Assembly (NCBI RefSeq): GCF_963921235.1
Contig: NC_086109.1
Coordinates: 25,172,001-25,236,000 of the forward strand
Length of the DNA: 64,000 nucleotides
Direction of reading: 5' to 3'
Origin: Mobula hypostoma
Lineage: Eukaryota
Shown: one piece after another, positions 52,109-62,065 of the stretch
Numbering within the stretch: position 1 is the stretch's first letter
How the letters are laid out: every line of letters starts with the position of its first letter
Notes under the pieces: generated by a model
Told to the model about the DNA's origin: nothing
Database searches by the model: none
What the model saw: the letters and a program-made list of their open reading frames with translations, nothing else
Made by a program: the position numbers and the translations under genes

Positions 52109-54592
52109 CTAAGCTGCACCACGTACAATTATTATAACTAGACAGTCTTCTTCAGATTTGGCCAGGGCTCGAGCAGAGGTTTGCAGATACTGTTGAGAAA
52201 AATCACATGGAGGAAAAGCATGGAGCACACCTGTGTGGTCCTTCTCTTTACTGCCTCCAATGGGCAAGCTGATGACTCCAGCAGCCTGCTTTTGTTTTAG
52301 GTAGGACACCAAGTTCCTCAATGGTCGCTGTGGTGAAGTGGCTTGCTCTAAACCAGTGGACACTCCTTCCACATGTTCCACGCTGTTTAAAGCTGGTACG
52401 GCCAACAGGACACAATAACCATTAGTGCCAGATGCTTTGATACGTCTCGTTACCTCATCCAATTTAGGCTGATCCAGTCGTAAGCGCTGAGTGATTTTTA
52501 ACTGCGCTACCTTCCCACCAGTTGAGACGTCCACTAACAAATTGGTTGCAACGCTTAGATCACCCTCGAGGAAGTGCATGTTTGTTGAGAAAGAACTATT
52601 TTTCAGAACTAGCATTCCATGCCAGGCTACGTTCAATTTGCGATCATATTCCTGGAAGCTGTCAGATGCTTTGGCATTGAGATCAGATTTCGATTTGCTC
52701 TTCAGGGGGCTCATGGACTCTATAGTTCTATGCTTGCGATCTTTCTCCTTTTCAGGTAAGCTGGTGGCTTTGACTTCGTGCTTACCGCTAGAGATTTTTT
52801 CCGCGCTGTTACGTCTGTCTCCTCTGTTGGGGGAATATCGCTCATTCTTTGCATCACGGTCAGAGTCACTATGGCGTCCACCATCACGGCTGCTATTACC
52901 TGGGCTGCGATCTGGTGAAATACAACGGCGCTTTCTGGACCTATCATTACTGGGTGAACAATCAGAAGGGCGTACATCCACAGGTCCTCTCCTTTTCCTT
53001 CTTTGGTCCCAATTATGCAAAATATGTTCACGGTCACGTTCAAGAGACCAGCTATCCCGGACTTCACAATCAAGGTGCTCAAATGGTTCGTGGCTACTTC
53101 GACTTCTTTCCCGAACAGAAAGAACATGCCAATCGTTGCCTGGAAAAAGGTCCCTTTCTCGAAAATGCATAGGGGGAGAGTTCCTTTCCCTACCTCTCAG
53201 ACATTCCGCACCACGAGGAAGAAGGCCATCCCCAATCAAATCAAAATGAGGAAGAGGCAAGGCTTGCAGATACTGTTGAGGGTATCGGTGCTCTGTGTCA
53301 GCAAAGTCAACTCTTAACCGCCGATCTGGTCCACCCAATGGAAAGCCACGCATCTGAGTGCAAGCTGCTTGAGCAGCATCCAAGCTTTCATACTGAATGT
53401 AAGCCCAGCTGTCTCCTTTCCTATAGTCAATGGACCTTATGGTTCCAAAGCGGTCAAATTCCCTTGCAAGACCAGCTACAGGAACCCAGGCACCCAATCC
53501 CCCAACCCACAAACGTGTAGTGGGAGTTGCTTTTCCATAACCAATCTTGATAGGATTTCTCCCGATCACTTTGCCAGACATTGCAATCTTAGCTCGGTGA
53601 GCCATGTCCAAGTTTTCAAATTTCAGAAAGCCATACGAATTTCCTTGTCCTCGAGGTGGCCTTTTAATATCCACTTCCAAGATAACACCAAACCGCTCAA
53701 ATGCAAGCAAAAGATCATTTTGTGAAACAGAAGGATCCAGGTTTCCAATAAACAACGTCCTGTTAGCTCGTTTGTCATCTTCTGGCAAGATTTCATCTTC
53801 CCTGAATGCAGTCCTCTCAAGAGCATAAGCAGTTCGACCCCGACCTTCATAAAAGGCATAATCACGCTCTCTCTCCAAGTCTCTCTGGGGAGGAGGTGGT
53901 GGTGGTGGTGGTGGCGGCGGTGGTGCTATCTGACGTCCCAAAGAACTGCGCTGTTGAGCTCTGTGTTCTCGGTAGCCAAGTCCTGCTGGAGACAGAGATC
54001 TCTGTCGATGACGATTGGCCTGGACACTGGGTGCAGAATACCCATCCAGTTCAGGTGAGTAACTTCTTCCTTTTGGTGCAGGGTAAACAGTTTCAATCTT
54101 TAGAGGACGATCATGTAACACCAGTCTGCCCTTGGCATGCCTGGCAGCCTTTGCATCCTCGGAGTGTCTGAAATTCACCAACGCCACTCTTTCATCACCA
54201 TCCCTGGATATTTTCACACTAACATCCCCAAACTTCTTAAACTCATGGAAAAGACCATCCTCAATTGCACCATCACTCAACTGGGAACCCAGATTGCTGA
54301 TCTTTAAAGTTTTGTATTCACCAGGTTGTCTTTCATTCCTACTAGTCCTTGAGGAAGCAGAAGAAAGACTCAAGTTATTAGCAGTTCGATTAGGTGCATA
54401 AACATCATAATCTCTGTTATTGGTCCTTTTGCCACTGATATTGCGAGTTCTCTTGGCATTACCATGGTTTTTGTTGTTCCTATTGATACTGTTATGATTA
54501 TTCCCTATTTTCCTTGGCTGCTGGTGATGGCCACCTCGCCTTTCTTCCCCTCGTTTACCACCAGTTTTGGGCGAGACGTCTTTCTCCTTCAT
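52109..54592 (-). CDS. RBM15: RNA-binding protein 15 (SPEN family; 3 RRM plus SPOC; m6A writer adaptor), 827 aa single-exon form
   Basis: YKTLKISNLGSQLSD..EDGLFHEFK (RRM1), RANRTLFIGNL (RRM2), TTRLWVGGLG (RRM3), SPOC KITQRLRLDQPKLDEV...LHAFPPC; the C-terminus AKSEED.LV.IIVRG fits RBM15 better than RBM15B. Confidence 0.96.
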   Translation of the reverse strand: MKEKDVSPKTGGKRGEERRGGHHQQPRKIGNNHNSINRNNKNHGNAKRTRNISGKRTNNRDYDVYAPNRTANNLSLSSASSRTSRNERQPGEYKTLKISNLGSQLSDGAIEDGLFHEFKKFGDVSVKISRDGDERVALVNFRHSEDAKAARHAKGRLVLHDRPLKIETVYPAPKGRSYSPELDGYSAPSVQANRHRQRSLSPAGLGYREHRAQQRSSLGRQIAPPPPPPPPPPPPQRDLERERDYAFYEGRGRTAYALERTAFREDEILPEDDKRANRTLFIGNLDPSVSQNDLLLAFERFGVILEVDIKRPPRGQGNSYGFLKFENLDMAHRAKIAMSGKVIGRNPIKIGYGKATPTTRLWVGGLGAWVPVAGLAREFDRFGTIRSIDYRKGDSWAYIQYESLDAAQAACTQMRGFPLGGPDRRLRVDFADTEHRYPQQYLQALPLPHFDLIGDGLLPRGAECLRGRERNSPPMHFRERDLFPGNDWHVLSVRERSRSSHEPFEHLDCEVRDSWSLERDREHILHNWDQRRKRRGPVDVRPSDCSPSNDRSRKRRCISPDRSPGNSSRDGGRHSDSDRDAKNERYSPNRGDRRNSAEKISSGKHEVKATSLPEKEKDRKHRTIESMSPLKSKSKSDLNAKASDSFQEYDRKLNVAWHGMLVLKNSSFSTNMHFLEGDLSVATNLLVDVSTGGKVAQLKITQRLRLDQPKLDEVTRRIKASGTNGYCVLLAVPALNSVEHVEGVSTGLEQATSPQRPLRNLVSYLKQKQAAGVISLPIGGSKEKDHTGVLHAFPPCDFSQQYLQTSARALAKSEEDCLVIIIVRGAA
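53886..53925 (-). repeat. CCN triplet run encoding poly-proline (13 P)
   Basis: (GGT)n-rich run on the plus strand within RBM15. Confidence 0.9.
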
Positions 54593-54879
54593 ATTCCTTC
54601 AGGATTATATTTTAAATCCAGATTGGACCGGAAAATTAAATTAAATCCTCTTGCAAAAGAATAAAACACAAGCAGATTAAGCGGCTTTCGAGCTACCACT
54701 TTTCACGGGCCGTTCGTTCCTCCTTCACTGACGCTATTTCATGCCCCGTGTTCGGTCGGCAAACAGAAACAATCCACGTTTCAAAACCGATACTTTACCT
54801 CTTGAACTTTACTGATGTGAGGGTGAATATGCTTCGTCAACAATTTCTAATCGATTTTTTTCCGATTTTTTTTCCAAGA

Positions 54880-55460
54880 GATTTTCACCGACGCCGCAAA
54901 CCTTCTCTGCTCGTGGCCGCCATTTTGTATGAAGTCCCGCCCCATTCCCCGACATTGATTGGTCATTTCCACAAAGTCTCATGCTCTGATTTGTTTTAGG
55001 GGTTGTCATTCAATTGACACAATGGAGACGCTAAAATCAATTTCCCAAGTTTTAAAAAATATTCTCTATTTTATTTGAAAATAAGTGATGTTATCGAATA
55101 TAATGTCCTATAAACTGTTGTTGGCTGAAATAGTGATGATTCAATGATGTTTTTCAAGCTACGCTCCTCTGTGATTGGACACAGAGAGGTCTACACATTG
55201 GCCAATCATCCGATCGAATTTTATAAAAGTTTATTCTCATCACAAAGCAAGAAAATTTACTAGGTTTGGTGATAATCTGATAATATCTGAGAAAATAAAA
55301 TGCATAAAAATCTGTAATTCTGGCCAAAATTCAACTGTTCGAATTCAAACGGTCGGTCACCCCATTCCGCCCCCTTTCCCTATTTCGATTGGTTCACTTG
55401 AACAAGTTGGTATCCAATTGGCTGAGCCGCCCGTCAAATAACTATGAAGTCCCGCCCCTT
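54880..55460 (-). promoter_or_regulatory. RBM15 promoter region (CpG-enriched; YY1, GC boxes, CCAAT boxes)
   Basis: GCCGCCATTTTG at 54916-54927; GTCCCGCCCC near 54934 and 55449; ATTGG/CCAAT near 54958, 55174, 55197-55206, 55388 and 55414-55421. Confidence 0.8.
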
Positions 55461-55506
55461 AAGATATGTTTTTTTAATGTCTGAAAACTATTTATTATTT
55501 TAGTGT

Positions 55507-55696
55507 CAAGCAACACGCATCAAAGTTGCTGGTGAACGCAGCAGGCCAGGCAGCATCTCTAGGAAGAGGCGCAGTTGACGTTTCTGAAACATCAACTTCG
55601 CCTCTTCCTAGAGATGCTGCCTGGCCTGCTGCGTTCACCATCAACTTTGATGTGTGCTGCTTGAATTTCCAGCATCTGCAGAATTCCTGTTGTTTG
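55507..55696. repeat. Fold-back copy of the hammerhead-bearing element (78-bp arms, 1-nt apex)
   Basis: 55507-55584 is the reverse complement of 55586-55663 with about 5 mismatches; apex GACGTTTC-T-GAAACATC. Confidence 0.95.
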
Positions 55697-56325
55697 AGTG
55701 TTTTCGTCAAAACCTTCAGAGCTTTGAGGGCGGGTACAGTCTTTGAGATTTAGCTATATACATTATCTTTCGCATTTCTTGTAAATTTTCCGAAAAGTCT
55801 TAGTATCCTTCTAGAATTATGGACAGATAAAAAATCCCAGCAGATGTGGACAACACGCCTGGTCCTCCATCCACCTCATTATTAAGTATACACTGGATTC
55901 CGGGTAACTGGTACACAGCGGGGCCAGTAAATTTTGGGCCAATTATGTGACTGCCCCAAATTAGCCGAAGTTTAATTGAAATGGTTAATAAGGTAAATGA
56001 AAAAAGAAAACCTACTGCTTAACGGTAAGAAATTATGTATTTAAATGAGATACAGAACAAATTGGAGCACTGCAATTACTGCTACAGTACAATAAAAATA
56101 TATTAGTTCCTAATAGTTCTCAACGGTACGCTGTTCTTTTGATTGTAAATAAATGTAAAATCAGTAGTCACCTAGTGCAGATAATGTACTGCTTCATACA
56201 ATGCTTTTGACAATTGCATCCTCCAAATCTCCATTTTCATTATAACATTCAAGATGATTGTCAATACCATGAAATTCTTTGTATTCCTAATGGTGAAATA
56301 TTGAAATCATTTAATTTTCACCACT

Positions 56326-56460
56326 CAAACAACAGGAATTCTGCAGATGCTGGAAATTCAAGCAACACACTTCAAAGTTGCTGGTGAACACAGCAGGCCA
56401 GGCAGCATCTCTAGGAAGAGGTGCAGTCGACGTTTCAGGCTGAGACCCTTCGTCAGGACT
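56326..56460 (-). mobile_element. 135-bp Penelope-type short retroelement with a 5' hammerhead and a 14-bp TSD
   Basis: TSD TAATTTTCACCACT at 56312-56325 and 56460-56473; body nearly identical to the arms at 55507-55696. Confidence 0.9.
56425..56460 (-). ncRNA. Minimal type I hammerhead ribozyme motif
   Basis: Minus strand AGUC-CUGACGA-AGG(GUCUCAG)CCU-GAAA-C-GUC^GACU: complete CUGANGA/GAAA/NUH core, stem I AGUC:GACU, stem II AGG:CCU, loopless palindromic helix III (ACGU). Confidence 0.8.
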
Positions 56461-57411
56461 AATTTTCACCACTGACCATTTCTGGCATCTCCAAGCCTGA
56501 ATGCTTGAAACCGCAATGAGCAAAACAGTTCTGAATTATCTTACTGTTTGAACGAAAACACACACAACTGATACTATTTAAAAAAACTCTTTGCTCTAAG
56601 CACAGTGTAATGCAGTGTTTTCCTACATCTTTTAGCCTAACACCCCCGAAAGCACTTTCATACCTGCCAACACACCTCCTGGGTACAATATACTTTCTGG
56701 CACCCTGTAGTGTAAAAGCATACCTACCTCATGCTAACATGAAAATGATTCTGCTTTAAATTTTTATTTATCTTTAAACCTAGCCTATGCAGTACCCGTG
56801 TACTATATAGCAGCTTCAATATCAATGTGATCCTTGAGCTTGATGGTTTTTAACTAGAGTTGTGACAGCAAAAGCCTTTAAGTCCCATGCGTAACCATGT
56901 CCAAGCGGTTTCTGTTTTTTGTGAGTATGTGATTCACTGCACGGTAGCCTCTTGCAACAAGGCAGGAGGATGGAAATGCAATGAACAGCAATTTGGCTCT
57001 TCTTCAAAGACCAGGAAACCTTGTTTGACAGTGCAGCCACATACCACAAAAGCCGACATTTTTGAAGAGCATTTTTGCTTCTTCATCATTCTGAATTTTG
57101 ATAATTTCTTCTTGCCAGCTCTTTTCCTGATCTTCCCCTTGCAAAGAAATGGGTTAATTACACAGTCTGGAATTTCCAGCTCGTTCAAATCCTTGAATCA
57201 ATTCTGAAGATCCTTCAGTAACTGCAGATGTAAGCATTTCTCTTGCAAATCACCATCTCTGAAAGAGTGTGTTATACTTTGCATGCAGGGAAACCGTGAG
57301 AACATTCTTCTCCCAATGTTTTGCTTATATATTTCCTATTTTCTGATAAAAGTGGACACTGCACTTTTTGCCTGGATTAAATGAAATTCTCACCTTACAG
57401 TTTCATCTTTA

Positions 57412-57565
57412 AACACAAAATACTCTGCAGATGCTGGGGTCAAAGCAACACTCACATCACGCTGGAGGAACTCAGCAGGTCGGGCAGCACCCGTGGAAAC
57501 GATCAGTCAACGTTGCGGCCCAAAACGTTGACTGATCATTCCCACGGATGCTGCCTGACCTGCTG
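57412..57565. repeat. Fold-back copy of the hammerhead-bearing element with a 13-bp TSD
   Basis: Inverted arms centred on GGCC at 57517-57520; TSD AGTTTCATCTTTA (57399-57411) / AGTTTCATATTTA (57566-57578). Confidence 0.85.
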
Positions 57566-58099
57566 AGTTTCATATTTAGAATGTTCATTTTGTCATACAG
57601 ATCGGGTAAGTATGCCACACCTATATGTAGAAGTTCAATCTTGTTTTCCAAGCTCTTGTTGAGTTTGAGCAAAAATTCTAGAACAGTGTCAAAAAGATCG
57701 AAGAAACATTTAAAGCAGCAGCCTTTTGACAGCCAACGCACTTCACTGTGAAGAAGCAAGCATTCAAACTCTTCATCATTATCTTGGCTTAGCTGGCAAA
57801 AAAATACTGCTATTTAATGAATGAGCTTTAATTTTGTTGATAACAGGTATTACAAGAGTCATGCCTGAGAAAAGTCACTGGCTGAAATTTTTGGCTGCGA
57901 ATGATTGACAATGAATTACACAATGGATTGCAAGGAGACTTGGAATTTCATTTTTCATAAATGCCACTAAACCAGCATGGCAACCTGTCATATATGGTGC
58001 TCCATCTGTTGCTCAAGAAATCATGTTCTTAATCGGTATACTTTTCTCCTCAATATACATTTTGAGTTCATTGTAGATAGATTCTCTTTTGATTTTTTT

Positions 58100-58755
58100 T
58101 AGATTATGAGAACACTCAGTCCTCTTTTATTGTCATTTAGAAATGCATACATGCATTAAGAAATGATACAGTGTTTCTCCGGCGTGATATCACAGAAAAC
58201 AAGACAGACCAAAGACTAACACTGACAGAACCACATAATTATAACATATAGTTACAGCAGTGCAAGCAGTACCATAATTGGATGAAGAACAGACCATGGG
58301 CACAGCAAAAAAAAAGTCTCAAAGTCCCTGAGTCCCCGATAGCAGGCGGCAAAAGGGAGAAACTTCCTGCCATAAACCTCCAGGCACTGTCAACTTGCCG
58401 ATGCCTTAGAAGCAGCCAACCCTGAGTCCATCCGTCCGAAAACTCCGAGCTTCCGAGCAGCCTCTCCGACACAGCCTCCCAAGCGCCATCCTCTGCTGAG
58501 CGCCTTCGACCTCTCCCCGGCCGCTGAAACATGCAAAGCCGAGGATTTCGAGGCCTACAGCTCCAGAGATTCTGGTTACCACACAGTAGCAGCGGTAGCA
58601 AAGCAGTCATTTCAGAAGTTTTCCAGATGTTCCGCTGTGCTCTCACGTCTGTCTCCATCAAATCAGAATTGTGCATGGTCCCCTGCTTGACAGATAACAG
58701 ATATTCATCACCGGAGAGGCCGTGCGCGCTACCGTCGCGCCGCCATCTTCTCCAT
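58100..58755 (-). mobile_element. About 650-bp non-coding, non-autonomous retroposon (GC-rich head with YY1-like motif; Rex/Babar-like tail)
   Basis: Minus-strand 5' GAAGATGGCGGCGCG; 3' AAATGACAATAAA plus hairpin GAGGAC-TGAGT-GTTCTC plus A-rich tail; second partial copy at 34135. Confidence 0.65.
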
Positions 58756-58796
58756 ATTTGTTTTTAAATTTTTCCAAAAGCGAATCTCTTCATAAA

Positions 58797-61700
58797 ACCA
58801 TAAGACATAGGAGCAGAATTAGGCCATTCAGCCCATCAAGTCTGCTCTGCCATTCCATCATGGCTGATCCAGGATCCCACTCTACCCCACACACCTGTTT
58901 CTCACCATATCCTTTGGGGGGGGGGAACGTCGACTCAGACCATGAGAGGTCTGCATCGGGCATTTTCATGCCTTACAAGGCGCAGATTGGAAGTCTATGT
59001 GGGGCGCCACTCCTGGCACAGACAGTAGAGCAATGTGTGATTAAGTGCCTTGCTGAAAGACACAAACACGCTGCCACAGCTGAGGCTCGAACTAGCGACC
59101 TTGAGATAACTAGACGAATGCCTTAACCACTTGGCCACGTGCCCAACACAATTGGTGCCTTTGATGCCCTAACAAATCAAAAAATGATCAACTTCCGTCT
59201 TAAATATATGCGCAGATTTGGCCCCCAACAGTGTCTGTGGCAGAACATTCCACAGATTTATTACTCTCTAGCTAAAAAAAAAATTCCTCCTTACCTTTGT
59301 TCTAAAGGGTTGACCCTCAATTTTGAGGCTGGGCCCTCTAGTTCTGGATACACCAACCATAGAAAGCAGACACTCCACATCCACCCTATCTAGTCCTTTC
59401 AACATTCGGTAGGTTTCAATGAGATCTCCATACATTCTTCTAAATTCCAGTGAGTACAGGCCCAAAGCTGCCAAATCCTCCTCATATGTTAACCCTTTCA
59501 TCCTGGAATCATCCTCATGAACCCCTCTGGACTCTCTCCAATGACAACACATCCTTTCTGAGATATGGGGCCTAAAACTGTTGACAATGCTCCGCGGCCT
59601 GACGAGTCTCTTATAAAGGCTCAACATTATTTCCTGGCTTTTATGTTATATTCTTGAAATAAATGCCAACATTGCATTTGCCTTCTTTACCACAGACTCA
59701 ACCTGTAAAATAAAGTTCTGGGAGTCTTGCACGAGGACTCCTAAGTCCCTCTGTATTTCTGATGTTTGAACCCTCACCCCATTTAGATATAGTCCGCACT
59801 ATTGTTCCTTTTACCAAAATAAATTATCTTACATTTCCCAAAACTGTATTCCATCTGCCACTTTTTTGCCCATTCTTCCAATTTGTCTCAGTCCTGCTGC
59901 AACGGCATTGCTTCCTCAGCACTACCTACCCCTCCACCTATCTTCATATCATCCACAAACTTTGCCACAAAGTCATCAATTCCATTATCTAAATCATTGA
60001 CACACAACGGGAAAAGCAGTGGTCCCAGTACTGATCCCTGATGATCACCAGTAATTACTAACAGCCATCCAGAAAGGCCGCCTTTATTCCCACTCGCTGC
60101 CTCCTGCCTGTCAGCCATTCCTCTATCCATGCCAGTATCCTTCCTGTAACACCATAGGATTTTATCCTTCATGTGAGGCACCTTATCAAATGCCTTCTGA
60201 AAATCTAAGTAAATAACATCCACTGCCTCTCCTTTGTCCACCCTGCTTGTTACTTCCTCAAAGAATTCTAACAGATTTGTCAGGCTAGATTTTCCTTCAC
60301 AGAAACTATGCTGACTTTGACTTATTTTATCATTAGTTTCCAAGTACCTCAAAACGACATTCTTAGTAATAGACTCCGACACTTTCCCAACCACTGAGGT
60401 TAGGCTAATTGGCGTATAATTTCCTTTCTTTTGTCTTCCTCCCTTCTTAAAGAGTGAAGTATCATTTGAAATTTTCCAGTCCTCTGGGACCATGCCAGAA
60501 TCATGTGGTTCTTGAAAGATCATGACCAATGCATCTGTTATCTCTTCAGCAACCCCTCTCAGGACTCTGGGATGTAGTCCATCTGGCCCAGGTGACTTCT
60601 CCACCTTAAGATCTTTGAGCTTGCCTAGCACTTTTTCCTTTGTAATAGTAATGGTACTCACTTCTGCTCCCTGACAGTCACAGACCTCTGGCATACAGCT
60701 AGTGTCTTCCACAGTAAACAGAGATGCACAGTTCCCATTAAGTTCATCTACCATTTCTTTGTCCCCCATAACTACCTCACCAGCATCATTTTCCAATGGT
60801 CCAATATCAACTCTCACCTCCCTTTTACTCTTTATATAACTAAGAAAAACTTGGTTTCCTGCTTTATATTATTGGCTAATCTGCCTTCATAATTCATCTT
60901 TTCCCTGTTTATAGCTTTTTTGTTGGATTTTAAATCTTCCCAATCATCCAACTACCCACTCACTTTTGCTACCTTATATGCCCTTTCCTTTGCTTTTATG
61001 CAGTCCTTAACTTACTTTGTCAGCCACAGTTGCCTTTCCTTGCCACTTGAGAACTTCTTCCGCTGTGGGACATATCTATCCTGCGCCTTGTGAATTATTT
61101 CCAGAATCTTCCGCTATCTCTGCTCTGCTGTCATCCCCACCAGTATCCTCCTCCAATTCACCTGGGCAGGCTCATCTCTCATACCTCTGCAATTTTCTTT
61201 ATTCCATTGCGATACTGATACATGTGAGTTATGCTTCTCCCTCTGAAATTTCCGTATGAATTCAGTCATATTATGATCACTGCCTCCAAAGGGCTCCTTT
61301 ACATTAAGCTCCCTAATAAAATCTGGGTTATTATACAACACCCAATCTAAGATAGCCTTTCCCTGAGTAGGCTCAATACAAGCTGCTCTAAAAAGCCATC
61401 TCGTAGGTATTCAACGAATTCTTTCTCTTGCGATCCAGCACCAACCTGATTTTCCCAATCCCCTTGCATATTGAAGTACCCCATTACAATTGTGTCATTA
61501 CCCTTATTAAATGCCTTTTCCAACTTCCTTTGCAATCTTAACCCCACATCATGGCTACTATTCGGAGGCCTATATATGATTCCCGTTATTTTTTTTACCC
61601 TTGCAGTTTCGTAACTCCACCCACAAAGATTCAACATTCTCTGACTCTATGTCACCTCTTTCTAAAGATGCAATTCCATCTCTTACGAACAGAGCCACAC

Positions 61701-62065
61701 CATTGCCTATGCCTTCCTGCCTGTTTTTTTGATACAAAGTACATCGTTTGATGTTAAGCTCCCAACTATGGCCTTCTTTCAGCCACGACTCAGTGATGCC
61801 CACAATGTCATACCGACCAATCTCTAGTTGTGCCACAAGTTTGTCCACCTTATTCTAAATGCTACGTGCATTTAAATTCAGCACGTTCATTCCTGCATTT
61901 TTCACCCTTTCGAATTTTGCCTCTGTGGTACAATTCAACTCTTTGCTCTGTCTGCATTTGTACCCAGTCATTGTCTTGTCCTTCCTTACATTCATGTTAC
62001 AACCATCATCTACTTGTAAACCTGCTGGCTCATCCTCAGCTCGATCATACTGGTTCCCATACTGT
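58797..62065 (-). mobile_element. CR1 LINE (EN plus RT plus 3'UTR), decayed
   Basis: LNARSI, ITESWL, SDHN, KSPGPDGLHPRVL, DFQKAFDKVPH, QGSVLGPLLF and FVDD; TSD TTCATAAA (58789-58796 / 62066-62073). Confidence 0.93.
58917..59150 (-). mobile_element. tRNA-derived SINE inserted in the CR1 3'UTR
   Basis: Minus-strand A box TGGCCAAGTGG, B box AGTTCGAGCC, then GTGTCTTTCAGCAAGGCACTTAA; flanked by CCTTTG repeats. Confidence 0.75.

Noticed and set aside
52491-53249. 252-aa plus-strand ORF and other ORFs overlapping RBM15
   Set aside because: Antisense or alternate-frame shadows of the RBM15 codons; low complexity and no recognisable domain.
52109-54592. RBM15B or an RBM15 retrocopy (intronless ORF)
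   Set aside because: RBM15 coding sequence is natively almost all in exon 1; the C-terminal motifs fit RBM15; a promoter and a separate terminal exon are present.
57472-57759. ZBED5/SCAND3/FAM200-like host gene
   Set aside because: The hAT transposase is broken by stops, frameshifts and three insertions.
58917-59150. tRNA gene
   Set aside because: A/B boxes run into SINE body sequence, there is no complete cloverleaf, and it is inserted in a CR1 with flanking repeats.
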